Source: Calditrichales bacterium (GTDB taxonomy: Bacteria; Calditrichota; Calditrichia; Calditrichales; J004). Taken from it: DNA of 64,000 bases. The position numbers and the translations under genes are program-made. Under the pieces are notes generated by a model, which saw only the letters and a list, made by a program, of their open reading frames with translations, made no database searches and had not been told where the DNA came from. This document shows positions 1 through 10,800 of the stretch, piece after piece. The stretch covers positions 2,432,001 to 2,496,000 of the forward strand of contig OZ254086.1 in NCBI GenBank assembly GCA_965267575.1. Reading direction: 5' to 3'. The stretch's first letter is position 1. Every line of letters starts with the position of its first letter.

Positions 1-646
1 TAAGGGAAAGATTGTTGCCCCGGAACTCCGGCAGCGTGGCAAAGTCGGTCATTTCGGCATTAAGGCCTGCCCGGTCGGTTTCCGCGGATGAAGCTGCCAC
101 CAGCCTGTCTTCTGAAAAAGCTCCGAAATAAATGACATTTTCACGCATGGTCTTTTTAAGGTACTCTTCGTCGTGGATCGGGAAGGGGTAGGTTTTAAAG
201 ACGGTTTTGTACAATTCAGCCAGCCGTTTTACGTCCTTTTCCTCCAATACGCGCAGAGTAAGACCTTCGGGGAAGGTAAGCAGCGTCATGCCCTCTTTTT
301 TCCCGGCGGCAATCTGCAGGTTCTTATCGATGCGGCTGCGGGCTTCCAGAGAGAGCGCCGACCTGGCGTGGTCAACGAAGCGCGACATGAAAACAACTTC
401 CTTTTTGCCCCCGTAAAATTGCGGTATGCGCGCCTCGCGGATATAGCCGTTTTTTTCAAAGGCATCCGTTTTATCTGCCGGCACCTTGGAGCAAATCTTG
501 GTGTAATGTTCTTTTGCCGCCAGCTTCTCCAAAGCTTCCAATATGGTTGGATAGTCCTCTTTCGCCAGCTTCATCAAATAAATACGATCGTTAAAAGGAC
601 CATGCTGTATCAGGGAATGGTCCAGTTTTTCTACAGTATCAAACAT
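1..646 (-). CDS. ablB: Putative beta-lysine N6-acetyltransferase (3' end runs off the window; not in the ORF track)
   Basis: Read manually from ATG 646, overlapping the symporter stop: MFDTVEKLDHSLIQHGPFNDRIYLMKLA...YPFPIHDEEYLKKTMRENVIYFG...NAEMTDFATLPEFRG. These are AblB-type GNAT motifs, and the gene is downstream of a KamA-family gene. Confidence 0.85.
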   Translation of the reverse strand, partial: MFDTVEKLDHSLIQHGPFNDRIYLMKLAKEDYPTILEALEKLAAKEHYTKICSKVPADKTDAFEKNGYIREARIPQFYGGKKEVVFMSRFVDHARSALSLEARSRIDKNLQIAAGKKEGMTLLTFPEGLTLRVLEEKDVKRLAELYKTVFKTYPFPIHDEEYLKKTMRENVIYFGAFSEDRLVAASSAETDRAGLNAEMTDFATLPEFRGNNLSL

Positions 647-2054
647 AACTCTTTTTGGTTTTTAGGTTATAAACGATTGCATAAAGCAGGGTTGAAAATA
701 GTATTCCCGGTATGCTGGGATCGAGCCCCCAGAAGATTTCCGTTTTAAAGGCGATCAGAAAAATCGTCAGACCGCCACCACCCAGCATGCTGATCAGCGC
801 CGCGTTGCTGTCCGGTTTTTTGAGGAAGTAGGCCGCGATGGTTGGTGCCAGCAGGCCCGATACCATAAAAGCGTAGGCATGCAGGATGATTTCGAGAACC
901 GTTTGAAAAGCGCCGGCTATGATTAGCGCCAGCGCGCCTACCGTGAGCGTTACCCATTGTGAAAGGCGCATGCCAAAAGCTTCCGACCGTTTTTTCTTCA
1001 TGCCGGCTTCAATCAGGTCACTTACAAAATTGCCGGATGAAGCGATCAGGCAGCTGTCCGCCGTGGACATGATGGCCGAGAAGTAGGAGGCCAGCACAAA
1101 GCCGGCAATGCCGATCGGCAGCACTTCCTTCAATAGCCGGGGCAGCGCCATTTCAGGGTCCGCCTCGGGAAAAACCACGCGACCCAGCATGCCCAGCGTA
1201 ACGCCGATAAAGGCCATGATCGGGTATTCGAAAACACCGGCGATGAAGAATGCTTTTTTAGCTTCTTTTTCATTGCGGCAGGCGTAAATGCGCTGGTACA
1301 GTGTCATGGCAATAAACCAGATCGGCAGGATCGTGCCCATCCAGTTGATGAATTGTATCGGCTCAATATTGGTCAGCGTCAGAAAGCCTTGCGGCAGCCC
1401 TTTGTCGATTGCCTCCCAACCGCCGATATAGGTATAGGCAAAAGGCAATCCCAGAAAAAACAATCCGCCCAGAAGTATGATCCACTGGATGGTATCGGTG
1501 TAGATAACCGCCTTGATGCCGCCGAGAACCGTGTAAATGATAATAATGGCGGTCATGATATAGAGGGAGAAATCCAGCGGTGTCATAAAATCGATATTTA
1601 TGAATAGTGACCCCGCAGCCAGTTTGGCCCCGGCGAGGATTTGCGCGCTGGTAAAGCCCATGTAACCGATGCCCGAGATCAGCGCGGCGATGGCCGCCAC
1701 CCGCCGGTTATAAGCGTGCTTCAGAAAATCGGGGTAGGTCAGCATGCCGTGTTTGGCATCGAGCGTTTTTATTTTGGGGATGATCAGAACGGCCGCCAGC
1801 CAGGCGCCGACAAGCCCGGCAAACAACAGCCAGCTACCGGAAAGGCCCATCACAAATCCTAGGCCGCCCAAACCAATAGAAAATCCGCCGCCCACATCAG
1901 TGGCAACGACAGATAATCCTACATGGCCGGCAGAAACGTTGCGCCCGCCGACATAGTAATCTTCCTTGTTTACGTTTTTAAGGTAGAAGTATATGCCAAT
2001 GGACAGAACGCCGCCAAAATAGATGGCAAATATCAGATAGTCGATCCAGTGCAT
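639..2054 (-). CDS. Sodium:solute symporter (SSS, PutP/OpuE-like)
   Basis: About 13 hydrophobic segments; motifs DYYVGGR, GGIKAVIYTD and SAIMSTADS. Confidence 0.9.
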   Translation of the reverse strand: MHWIDYLIFAIYFGGVLSIGIYFYLKNVNKEDYYVGGRNVSAGHVGLSVVATDVGGGFSIGLGGLGFVMGLSGSWLLFAGLVGAWLAAVLIIPKIKTLDAKHGMLTYPDFLKHAYNRRVAAIAALISGIGYMGFTSAQILAGAKLAAGSLFINIDFMTPLDFSLYIMTAIIIIYTVLGGIKAVIYTDTIQWIILLGGLFFLGLPFAYTYIGGWEAIDKGLPQGFLTLTNIEPIQFINWMGTILPIWFIAMTLYQRIYACRNEKEAKKAFFIAGVFEYPIMAFIGVTLGMLGRVVFPEADPEMALPRLLKEVLPIGIAGFVLASYFSAIMSTADSCLIASSGNFVSDLIEAGMKKKRSEAFGMRLSQWVTLTVGALALIIAGAFQTVLEIILHAYAFMVSGLLAPTIAAYFLKKPDSNAALISMLGGGGLTIFLIAFKTEIFWGLDPSIPGILFSTLLYAIVYNLKTKKSYV

Positions 2055-2057
2055 AAA

Positions 2058-3536
2058 TTACAGCGCCGGCTTCAGATCGGCGTAGCCCGATTTTTGGATA
2101 GCGCTATTGATCAACTCCTGATGATTGTCTTTATTTGTCCAGAGCTTGCGGCCCTCTTCGCTCAGCAGATCCATGGGATCGAAGTAGAGGTAGAGCTTTT
2201 CCGCGTCAACACTGGGGCTGCGGTAGATACTGATGCCGGTCAGCTCATCGTAGTAATCGTAGCTGTGTACGTCGCGTTTTCCGCCTCCGCCAGGCGCGTC
2301 CGTTACAAACAGCGGTGTGTTAAAACCGGCCGTCGTACCACGCACGTGACGCTCCAGTTCAACTGTGTCGCCAACGCGCGTACGCAGCTCTTCCACGCCC
2401 TGCACCATATCATGCTGATAGACATAGTACGGTTGAACATTCATGTAAGAAAGCTTGCGCACCAGGTGGATCATCTGGTCCGGTGTGTCATTTACGCCGC
2501 GAATGAGAACGCTTTGGTTACGCACCGTTACACCGTTGCGGAACAGGTGTTCCATAGCTTCCCGCGTAATCTCGGTTATTTCGTTGGCGCTGTTGAAGTG
2601 TGTATGAAGGACCACTTCTTTGCCCATGTCGCGCCCCATGGCCACAGTGTCAATCAGTGCCTGGCTCCACTCTTTGTCGGAAAGCACTTTCATCGGCATA
2701 ACAGCGGGGCCTTTGGAGGCGTAGCGGATACGGCGTACATGCGGAATCGACAGCAGCATTTCGCCTATCTGACGAATGCGATCCGGCGCCAGCATGTATG
2801 AATCACCGCCTGAAATAACGATATCCTCGATCTCCGGCCGCGAAGCGATATAAGCGAAGGCTTTGTGCCATTTCTTTGGCACCGGCTTAAAACTTACTTT
2901 GGAAACCGATTCCGTGTCACTACCGATGGCGTAGCTGCGCGTGCAGAAGCGGCAGTAAACCGGACAGACATCCAGCGGCAGGAACAGCGCTTTATCAAAA
3001 TAGCGGTGAACCAGGCCGGGTACAGGTGAGTCGTCCTGTTCGCTAAGCGAATCCAGCGTAAGAAACGGATGGTCTTCCTTGCGGGTGGATGAAACCGGGA
3101 TAAACTGGCGTCGCAACGGGTCTTCGTAAGGATTGTCCCAGTCGATGAGACTGAGAATGTAGGGCGACAGGCGGATATTCATCGGCGCTTCGGCCATGCC
3201 TTTATGCACATCCTTCATAAATTCAGGATCCACAAGACCTTCCAGCAATTCGTCGAGCTGCGCCACCTTGGTTATCGAATTTTTGTTCTGGAATTTTACA
3301 TCCATAAACTCCGCACGACCCACGGTGTTGAAGGCCGGTATTTTGTGCCAGAACAGGCCGTCATCAAACGTACGATGGCGAATGTCGCGAGACTTTACCA
3401 TATCTTTTTTGTGTTCGGGGATTTCGACGTCGTTGAGAGGCTCCCAATGATCCGTGTCTGTCCTGATTTTCTCAGGCAGTTCGGAAACAAGCGATGCCTT
3501 TTCAATTTCCTGGAAATCTTCCTTTGAATAACTCAT
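2058..3536 (-). CDS. ablA: KamA-family radical SAM protein, probable lysine 2,3-aminomutase
   Basis: CPVYCRFC radical SAM motif, LVHRY, NQSVLIRGVND, PYYVYQHD and the PLP-lysine motif DAPGGGGK; operonic with ablB; AGGAG RBS. Confidence 0.85.
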   Translation of the reverse strand: MSYSKEDFQEIEKASLVSELPEKIRTDTDHWEPLNDVEIPEHKKDMVKSRDIRHRTFDDGLFWHKIPAFNTVGRAEFMDVKFQNKNSITKVAQLDELLEGLVDPEFMKDVHKGMAEAPMNIRLSPYILSLIDWDNPYEDPLRRQFIPVSSTRKEDHPFLTLDSLSEQDDSPVPGLVHRYFDKALFLPLDVCPVYCRFCTRSYAIGSDTESVSKVSFKPVPKKWHKAFAYIASRPEIEDIVISGGDSYMLAPDRIRQIGEMLLSIPHVRRIRYASKGPAVMPMKVLSDKEWSQALIDTVAMGRDMGKEVVLHTHFNSANEITEITREAMEHLFRNGVTVRNQSVLIRGVNDTPDQMIHLVRKLSYMNVQPYYVYQHDMVQGVEELRTRVGDTVELERHVRGTTAGFNTPLFVTDAPGGGGKRDVHSYDYYDELTGISIYRSPSVDAEKLYLYFDPMDLLSEEGRKLWTNKDNHQELINSAIQKSGYADLKPAL

Positions 3537-3640
3537 AATAAACTCCTTTTAGGATTCCTTTTTCTTTGTGTGTTTAAACAAATAACGCGCAACAACCTGC
3601 GTAATTCTTAGTATACAGTCTACTTAAATAACGTTTGGTT

Positions 3641-3715
3641 TTAAACTATTTGGAGGTTGTCCGGGGGTGGGGGGATATCAATAAAAAAATTCCGCTTTGG
3701 TTGCCAACGTTTCAT
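3641..3715 (-). CDS. Candidate 24-aa polyproline leader peptide MKRWQPKRNFFIDIPPPPDNLQIV
   Basis: Short ORF with four consecutive Pro codons (CCC CCA CCC CCG), 10 nt downstream of a sigma70-like -10 box and 104 nt upstream of ablA. Confidence 0.55.
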   Translation of the reverse strand: MKRWQPKRNFFIDIPPPPDNLQIV

Positions 3716-3725
3716 AAACGCTGCT

Positions 3726-3754
3726 AATATATATCTTTAGGAGCGGTCGATCAA
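3726..3754 (-). promoter_or_regulatory. Sigma70-like promoter of the abl operon
   Basis: TTGATC-N17-TATATT on the minus strand. Confidence 0.55.
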
Positions 3755-3830
3755 ATGAATTTTAACATATATAACGGTAATAGAAAGGCTTTACTCGTGT
3801 ATTGTTACGAATATCACATAAAACAGGGTT

Positions 3831-4295
3831 TTAGCGGTTAAAATACCAGGTCCAGCCTGCCTCGAAATCAGCCAATATTCCATCAAAATCACCGTTTACA
3901 TCTTTACTATAATGGATATTCAGGTAAATGCTTACATCATCTGTGCTAAAATAATTGTATCCCACCCCCGCGCTGATAAACAAATGCTGTGGTTTGTCCA
4001 CGTAATAAAACTGCGTTTTTATCTGCCAGGCGTGCTTTACCGGATTGTTTAAAAGATAACCTGCTGTCAACCCGGCGCTTGTGTTGTTTTCAAATAGGTT
4101 CAGCGCTCCGTATTTGGCAACAAAAAGTCCGGCACTCAAATCCTGAGTCAGGAAAGCCTGCCCGTTCACCTGTAGGCCTTTAAAATAACTAAAGCCGCTT
4201 CCGGCGCTGAAAGCTTTATTGCTCTCCCGGGCCGGCGCTTGCAAAACCGCGGTTAAAAGAACCATAAAGCCAATCAGCGCCATTCTGCTTTTCAT
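3831..4295 (-). CDS. Hypothetical exported protein, possible small outer-membrane beta-barrel
   Basis: Signal peptide, alternating beta-strand pattern, aromatic C-terminus (AGWTWYF). Confidence 0.55.
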   Translation of the reverse strand: MKSRMALIGFMVLLTAVLQAPARESNKAFSAGSGFSYFKGLQVNGQAFLTQDLSAGLFVAKYGALNLFENNTSAGLTAGYLLNNPVKHAWQIKTQFYYVDKPQHLFISAGVGYNYFSTDDVSIYLNIHYSKDVNGDFDGILADFEAGWTWYFNR

Positions 4296-4315
4296 ATGCT
4301 ACGCTCGCGGGGTTT

Positions 4316-4654
4316 TTAGATGAGTCTTGCGCCGTCGGTCACTTTTCCGTCAGGCACGGCCAGAACAATATGGCCGTCCTCAGCGGCAAACCCCGTTACC
4401 AGGCATTCGGACATGAAGCTGCCGATCTGTTTGGGCGGAAAGTTAACCACGGCAATGACCTGTTTGCCCTCAAGGCTTTCCTTGCTGTATAGCCCGGTTA
4501 TCTGTGCGCTGGACTTTTTTATCCCGATATCCCCGCCGAAGTCTATCAGCAGTTTGTAGGCAGGCTTTCGTGCTTCAGGGAAATCCTGCACCTCTTTTAT
4601 GGTACCAACACGCAGTTCTACTTTTTCAAAATCGGACCATTTGACTCGCGGCAT
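4316..4654 (-). CDS. csaA: tRNA-binding protein / export chaperone CsaA
   Basis: [29 protein letters not shown] and VNFPPKQIG motifs. Confidence 0.9.
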   Translation of the reverse strand: MPRVKWSDFEKVELRVGTIKEVQDFPEARKPAYKLLIDFGGDIGIKKSSAQITGLYSKESLEGKQVIAVVNFPPKQIGSFMSECLVTGFAAEDGHIVLAVPDGKVTDGARLI

Positions 4655-4853
4655 AGATTCTTTCCATAACGTTTAATTTATGGTCAATTTAACCTGTGAA
4701 ATTTTCTAATCAAAAACCATATCTATTTACTGATTTGTCCGCCGTCACATTGGGCCGCAGCATACTTACCAGCGGCGTACACTTTTCTTAATAGCGCCAC
4801 GCCCTAAGCCGATTACTTCAAACAGGAAAAGAATATCTAATGGAGTAGATTTT

Positions 4854-7800
4854 ATGTTGCGCCAAACCTTCCGTTTTGCATTGCCGGTTTTTCTCGCTGC
4901 CGCACAGCTTCTGTGGGCGGGACGCTGGCATGAAGTGTATAACGACCAGAACAGTGGCATTATAAACGCCGTTGCAGCCACGGATTACGATTTTAACAAA
5001 ATGTACGCCGTGGGCGATGATGGCCGCTTCTGGCAAACTTTTGACGGCGGCCACTGGTGGGAGGAGCGCGGCACACCCACCTCTGAGCACCTGCATGATG
5101 TGGTGACTTTTTTTGGGGAAACGGATGATGTTGTTATTGCCGTGGGAGACAACGGCACTTTGTTGCATTCCGCGGATGGCGGCCATTTCTGGACTCCGCT
5201 AAGTGCGCCCGCTGCTGTTGATTATTTTTGTGTGGAATTTGATTTCTACAATGGCCTTATCTGGATCGGCGGGGAAAACGGCGCGCTTTACTACTCCGAT
5301 GACGAAGGCCAGAGCTGGCAGAGTGTAACCCTGGGCCTCGCTTATGACGTTGTTGATCTTGCTTCCTCAAATGACGGCCTGTTTGTGGCGGGTGTTATGG
5401 GCGATACATCCTATGTACAGCATGTTTTGCCTTTTGTGCAAACACCCCTGCCGCTGCTTCCCGGTGACACACTGGCGGACACGCGGATTGAAGCAATCAC
5501 CCGGCTGGATAGCATGATTTTTATAGGTGCCAATGCCACGGATGGCAGCGACGTGCAGATTCTTTCACGCTTGTTTGACGGCTCCTCTCTTGGTTTACCG
5601 CAACTGCTGGCTGCTCCGCAATCAAGCGATCTCACTGATCTGACCGGGCTCAATTACTGGAAAAGCGACGGGCAGGGCAGCGTGCTTGTTCAGCGCTTGT
5701 GGTACGCAACCGATGAAGGGCAGATCCTGGAGTCGGCCGACGGCGCAATCAGCTGGCAAAAGGTATACGAGGACCCGCAAAAGCGCAGCCTCTACAGTAT
5801 CGTTGCCAACGCTAGTAGCACGCTGGAACAGGGCCAGGCGGTGGCTGCAGGTGAAGACTTTTTTACGCTCAGGCGCAGCTTTGAATTACTGCATATACAT
5901 CCCTATAAGAATGACCAGGTGCATTATCCGCTTTCCGGACTGGAAGTGCAGTTCAGCGCGGTTCCCGTTCTTGCCGATGTTAACAGCAACATTGTTGTGG
6001 AAAGCTCGGTGCGCGGAAGGCTGGCTTTCGACGCCGTGTATGATTTTGATGATTCTACCAGAGTATTTCTGGATGTACCGGATCAGGGTTTTGGGCGGCA
6101 TATTCCCGGTGAAACCTGGCGTGTCTCGGTGGCCCCTTCCATAAAAGAGCTTACGCCCGATCCCTTTCCCGCCGGCATAGAAGCCTTTACGTATGAGGTC
6201 ACCTTTGTCCCGCAAAATGCAGGCGCCATGGCTTTTGAAATTTCGGCTGTTCAGGAACTTTCCGCCGGCAGCGTAAGCGCCGCCACAGTGGGCTTTTTTG
6301 ATGACGATGACAGACCGGAAATAGCGGCCTGGCATGGTGACAGGCTGGCATTATACACGTTTAACAAAGACGGTTCCGTAAAGGATACCTATGAGCAGAA
6401 TTTTTCGTTTTCACTGTCCGTGGATAATTCCATTGAACAGCAGCTTTTAAGCAGCGACGTAAACCTCGACGGTAGAAATGATATCCTTCTCTTCGATAAC
6501 AATGAGGCGCAGCTTCTTATCAACCAATCGGATGGCGGCTACGCGTTTAGCGAAGGCATGAATTTCAACTCGGCAAACATTCGTCAAATGGCATTTTTAC
6601 AGGCCGACGATGATCCGCGTCCCGATCTGCTGGTGCTGAATGATACGCTTTACCTGCGCATGAATATCGACGCGGGCAACAGCGGCACACACACTGTTGT
6701 GGTGGAGACACAAACCGACGTTACCCGTTTTAAGATAGGTGACGTGGATGTAAACGGCTGGCCTGATATTGTAGCCATCACATCGGATGGCGACCTGCGC
6801 TATTATCCGCATTTTGGTTATGGCAGCTTTAATATGCCCACTTCCCATTTCCAGGGTGTTTCCTACCGCGATATCCTGCTGGCCGACCTGGACCGTGATC
6901 ATCAGCTGGAAGTACTGGCCTTGCGCGACAATGACCTGGACATCTATCGCACCGATTTTACAAACGGACCAGACCTGATGCTCGACCCCGTATCGCCTGT
7001 GGGGCCTGGCGCCGGCACGCTGATCGATGCATTTGCCGTACAAGAATTTGGCGGTTACCGCGATGATTTCAGCGGTGAGCCGTTTATGGATGTGATGCTG
7101 TTTACCGAGGACCGGCGTCTTACCGTCCTCGAAAATATCGGCGGACATGGTGCTTTAGCTTTTAAAGAGGTAAGCGGCGATTCATTGAATCTGCCATACA
7201 AAGCGTGGCGGGTGACTTCAGCAGATAATGACGGGGATGGTTTTCTGGATATTTTTGTGCACAATATGCAGAACGATTCTATCACGCTGATTGTAAACTC
7301 CACGTACACCCCTGCAATCACCACGCTGGAAACGAACGAAACGGGTGTGCGCGTCGGCTGGCAATCTTTCCCTGCTGACCTGGGCTCGTTCGAATTTTAC
7401 AGACTTTATCGCGACAGCACCGGTCCGGAAATGCACAATCCCGAAATCATTGAATTTAACGCTGTCGATGATACCACATTTCTGGACCGTGGCACGCGGC
7501 CCTTCCGGGCTTACTGGTACGCGGTGGAGGCAATCTTTGATGCCGGTCAGGTCACCGAGCGCTCGCTGGTGCGGCAAATCGATCTTATCCGTAAGCTGGG
7601 CGGTGAACTGAGCGGGACGTTGAGCGATACCGTGAATGGCATGTGGGTGGACAGCGCGCTCGTTGTGCCGCCGGGTCAAACGCTGCGCATCGAAGAAGGT
7701 GTGAGATTCAGTTTCGCGCCGGGTGCGTTTTTGCAGGTAGACGGCAGTCTTGTGGGTCGTGGCAGCGAGCGCAAAATGGTCGGCTTCTGGCGCAACCATG

Positions 7801-10800
7801 ATGACTTTGGCTACTGGAAAGGCATCATCGCAGGAGCTACGGCGGACAGTGTTTCGCTGCACTGGTTCTCCCTGGAAGGTGCGGAAACCGCCATTGCCAG
7901 CGAGGGTGCTTCGGTCTCTTTAACGCTGGGCGGGATAGAAGATAATCTTAGCGGCCTGCATTTAAATAATGCCGCGCTGACCATGAAAAACGTCAACTTT
8001 GATTCCAACGCCACGGCTATTAGCCTGGCCGGTACCAGCGTTGCCAATATCAAAAACATTAACATTTTGCGCAGCCTGAGCAGCGGACTGGAGGCCGGCA
8101 CCGGCACGACCGTCAATCTGAGTAATTCCATTCTTTGGGCCAATCCCGTTTCCGTGAGCAGCGCGGCCGGCAGCAACGTGTCCGTGCGCTACTCCACGGT
8201 GGATAGCATCAACGGACCGGCCGATGTTTTTTCGGTTTCGAAATTGCCGCCATTATTCAACGACGCGGACACGGCTTACTTCCAGCCGCTGTTGATGTCG
8301 CCGACCATTGACGCGGGCGACCCGGCTGATAATTACAGCATGGAGCCGCTGCCAAATGGCAAGCGCGTAAACCAGGGGCTGTACGGGGGAACCTTTTTTG
8401 CTACACCGACCTTTCAGCCAAAGCTGACCATCCTGCAGGATTCGCTCTCTTTTTCGGCGCCGCTGGGCGGGGCCGATACGCTTAATCTTCGCCTGCGCAA
8501 CACCGGTAATGTGCCGCTGCAACTGAACTCTGTCACAGTCGCTGATCCGGCTGCCTTCCGCGTTTCAGCACCGGGCACAACCGTGGGTGCCGGCGAAAGC
8601 AGCATCATACGCATCATTTTCCGGGCTTCGGAGCGCGCCGTCTACCACGACAAGCTGGTTATTAACAGCAGTGATCCGCACGCTCCCGTAAAGACAATCG
8701 ACCTGCGCGGTGATGTTACAAACCGGCTGCCTTACTTTGTGACCAACCCGGCTACGCAGGCGCGTGTGGGGCAGTTTTACAGCCAGCCGCTGGAAGCGCG
8801 CGATGATGACGGCGATGAACTGAGTATTACAATTTTACAATCGCCGCAATGGCTCGGGCTAAACGCAGATGCGCTGGAGGGAACACCGGCGCTGGGTGAT
8901 ACCGGCACGCACGCCGTTTCGGTTCAGGCGCAGGATGTGCTGGGAGGAACTGGCCGTCTGGATTTCGATGTGCATGTGACATTTATTAACGGTGCCCCGC
9001 AGTGGAGTGTGAGCGATACGCTGCTTGTCAACGAGGATGAAAGCGCTGTTTTCGACCTTGCGGAATTCGTAAGTGATGACGACACGGCGCCCGACCTGCT
9101 GCGCTTTGAGGTAACGGCTGTCAGCGATTCCCAAAATATAAAGTATGCATTGGATAAATCCGCGCTGAGCATATCTCCGGCGGCGGACTATTTTTCCGAG
9201 GAAACAGATTGGCTGCGCGTTTCGGCGACCGACGCCGGCGGACTGAACAGTGTGGGGCAGCTTTTCCTGGTGGTTACGCCGCAGAATGATGCGCCGCGCT
9301 TTACGGCGCTGCGGGACACCGTTTTGTACACACATTTGGAATACCGCCGCACCTGGCCGGTCAGCGAAGTGGACGGCGATCTTTTAACCTTTGCGGATAA
9401 TACAAGCCTATTTAATATCAATGACGCGGGGCAGATTGCCTTTACGCCGACTTTGCAGGATACGGGTGCTCATGAGGTTGTTTTGTCGGCAAGTGACGGA
9501 TTTTTCACAGTCTCCGATACGGTCATCTTTAGTATCATGCCCAACGTGGTTCCAGCGCCGGAGACGCTTTTTCTCTCGGCCAGGGACCGGGCCATCGATC
9601 TCTCTTTCCGCGTGCATCCGTCGGAGTTTTACAGCGGCACGATCGTCGTAATTTCCGGGGAAGCTGCCGTGAATGCGCCGGACCAGGGACTGCTGACGCT
9701 GGATACGGTCTTTGCCGTCGCCGACTCCGCTGTTAACGCGAATGTCGCCATCGACGACCTGGGCATCAACCGCCGCTATTATGTGAGCGTTTTTAATTAC
9801 TATGACGAAAACGGCGTGATTTATTCGCGGCCAATTCAGGGACAAATTCAGACACCGGCGCCACGCCTGGTGCTGCCCGAACGCAGCAGCCGTTTTGTCT
9901 TGCCGGTTAACAAAACGCAGACCGCCGCCATTAAAGTTAAAAATGATGGCGGGGGCACGCTGCAGGGCAAGTGGATCTACACACCCGACTCACTGACACA
10001 GGTATGGTTCCATGCCGATACGGCCGGTCGTGCGATCGCCCCGGGAGACTCGGCCGAATTTGAAATCAACCTGCACCCCAACAAATACATGCCGCGCGGC
10101 AACAGGCAGGTTACGCTGGCTTTTGTCAGCAATGATCCGCTGCAGCAAGGCGGGGCGACTTTCAGCGTGGTGCTGGAACCCATTTTTGATGATTTCGCGC
10201 CACGCGTGGTCTGGCAATCGCTTCCGGACAGCATCCTGCGCCAATCGGCTTTGGTGGCGCACTACGCCCTGGACGATACCAGCGGCAGGCCTATTGGTGA
10301 TCCGCCGGCAGCCCTGCAATCGGCCTGGCGTTTACAAAAACTAGATGGCGACATTGTAGCTGCCACGGACAGCAGCAGCGACCTTGCCGCGCGCGTTTAC
10401 CCGCTTGAAGACGGTGTTTACCGCCTGACCGTTTGGGGTTTTGATTCCGAAGGCAATGGCGTGGACGCCTCGTCGGCCAGCCACTTTGCTTTTCGCGTAC
10501 AGGCTTCAGCGATCGTTTTACCGGCAAAACGCTGGCTGCTGGTGGGTCTGCCCAGACCGCACGAAGGGACCTGGCAGCAATTCAGCGATTCCACGCGGCG
10601 CTTGTATAAGTGGGACAATGCCGAGGAACGCTACCTGACCGACAGCGAATTTGCCAGCTCAACAGCCGTGGATGGCCAGGCGGTATGGATGATCAGCGAA
10701 CGCCCGGTTCCGGTTGACATGAGCGGGCACAGGCAGCCCGGCGCGCAGGATACGCTGGCGGTCGACATTGTTACCGGATGGAACCAGGTAGCCGTGCCGG

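Noticed and set aside
4655..4853. tRNA or structured RNA between csaA and the giant gene
   Set aside because: Only a short GCCGC/GCGGC stem is visible, with no cloverleaf or T-loop motif. No tRNA or rRNA was recognised anywhere in the window.
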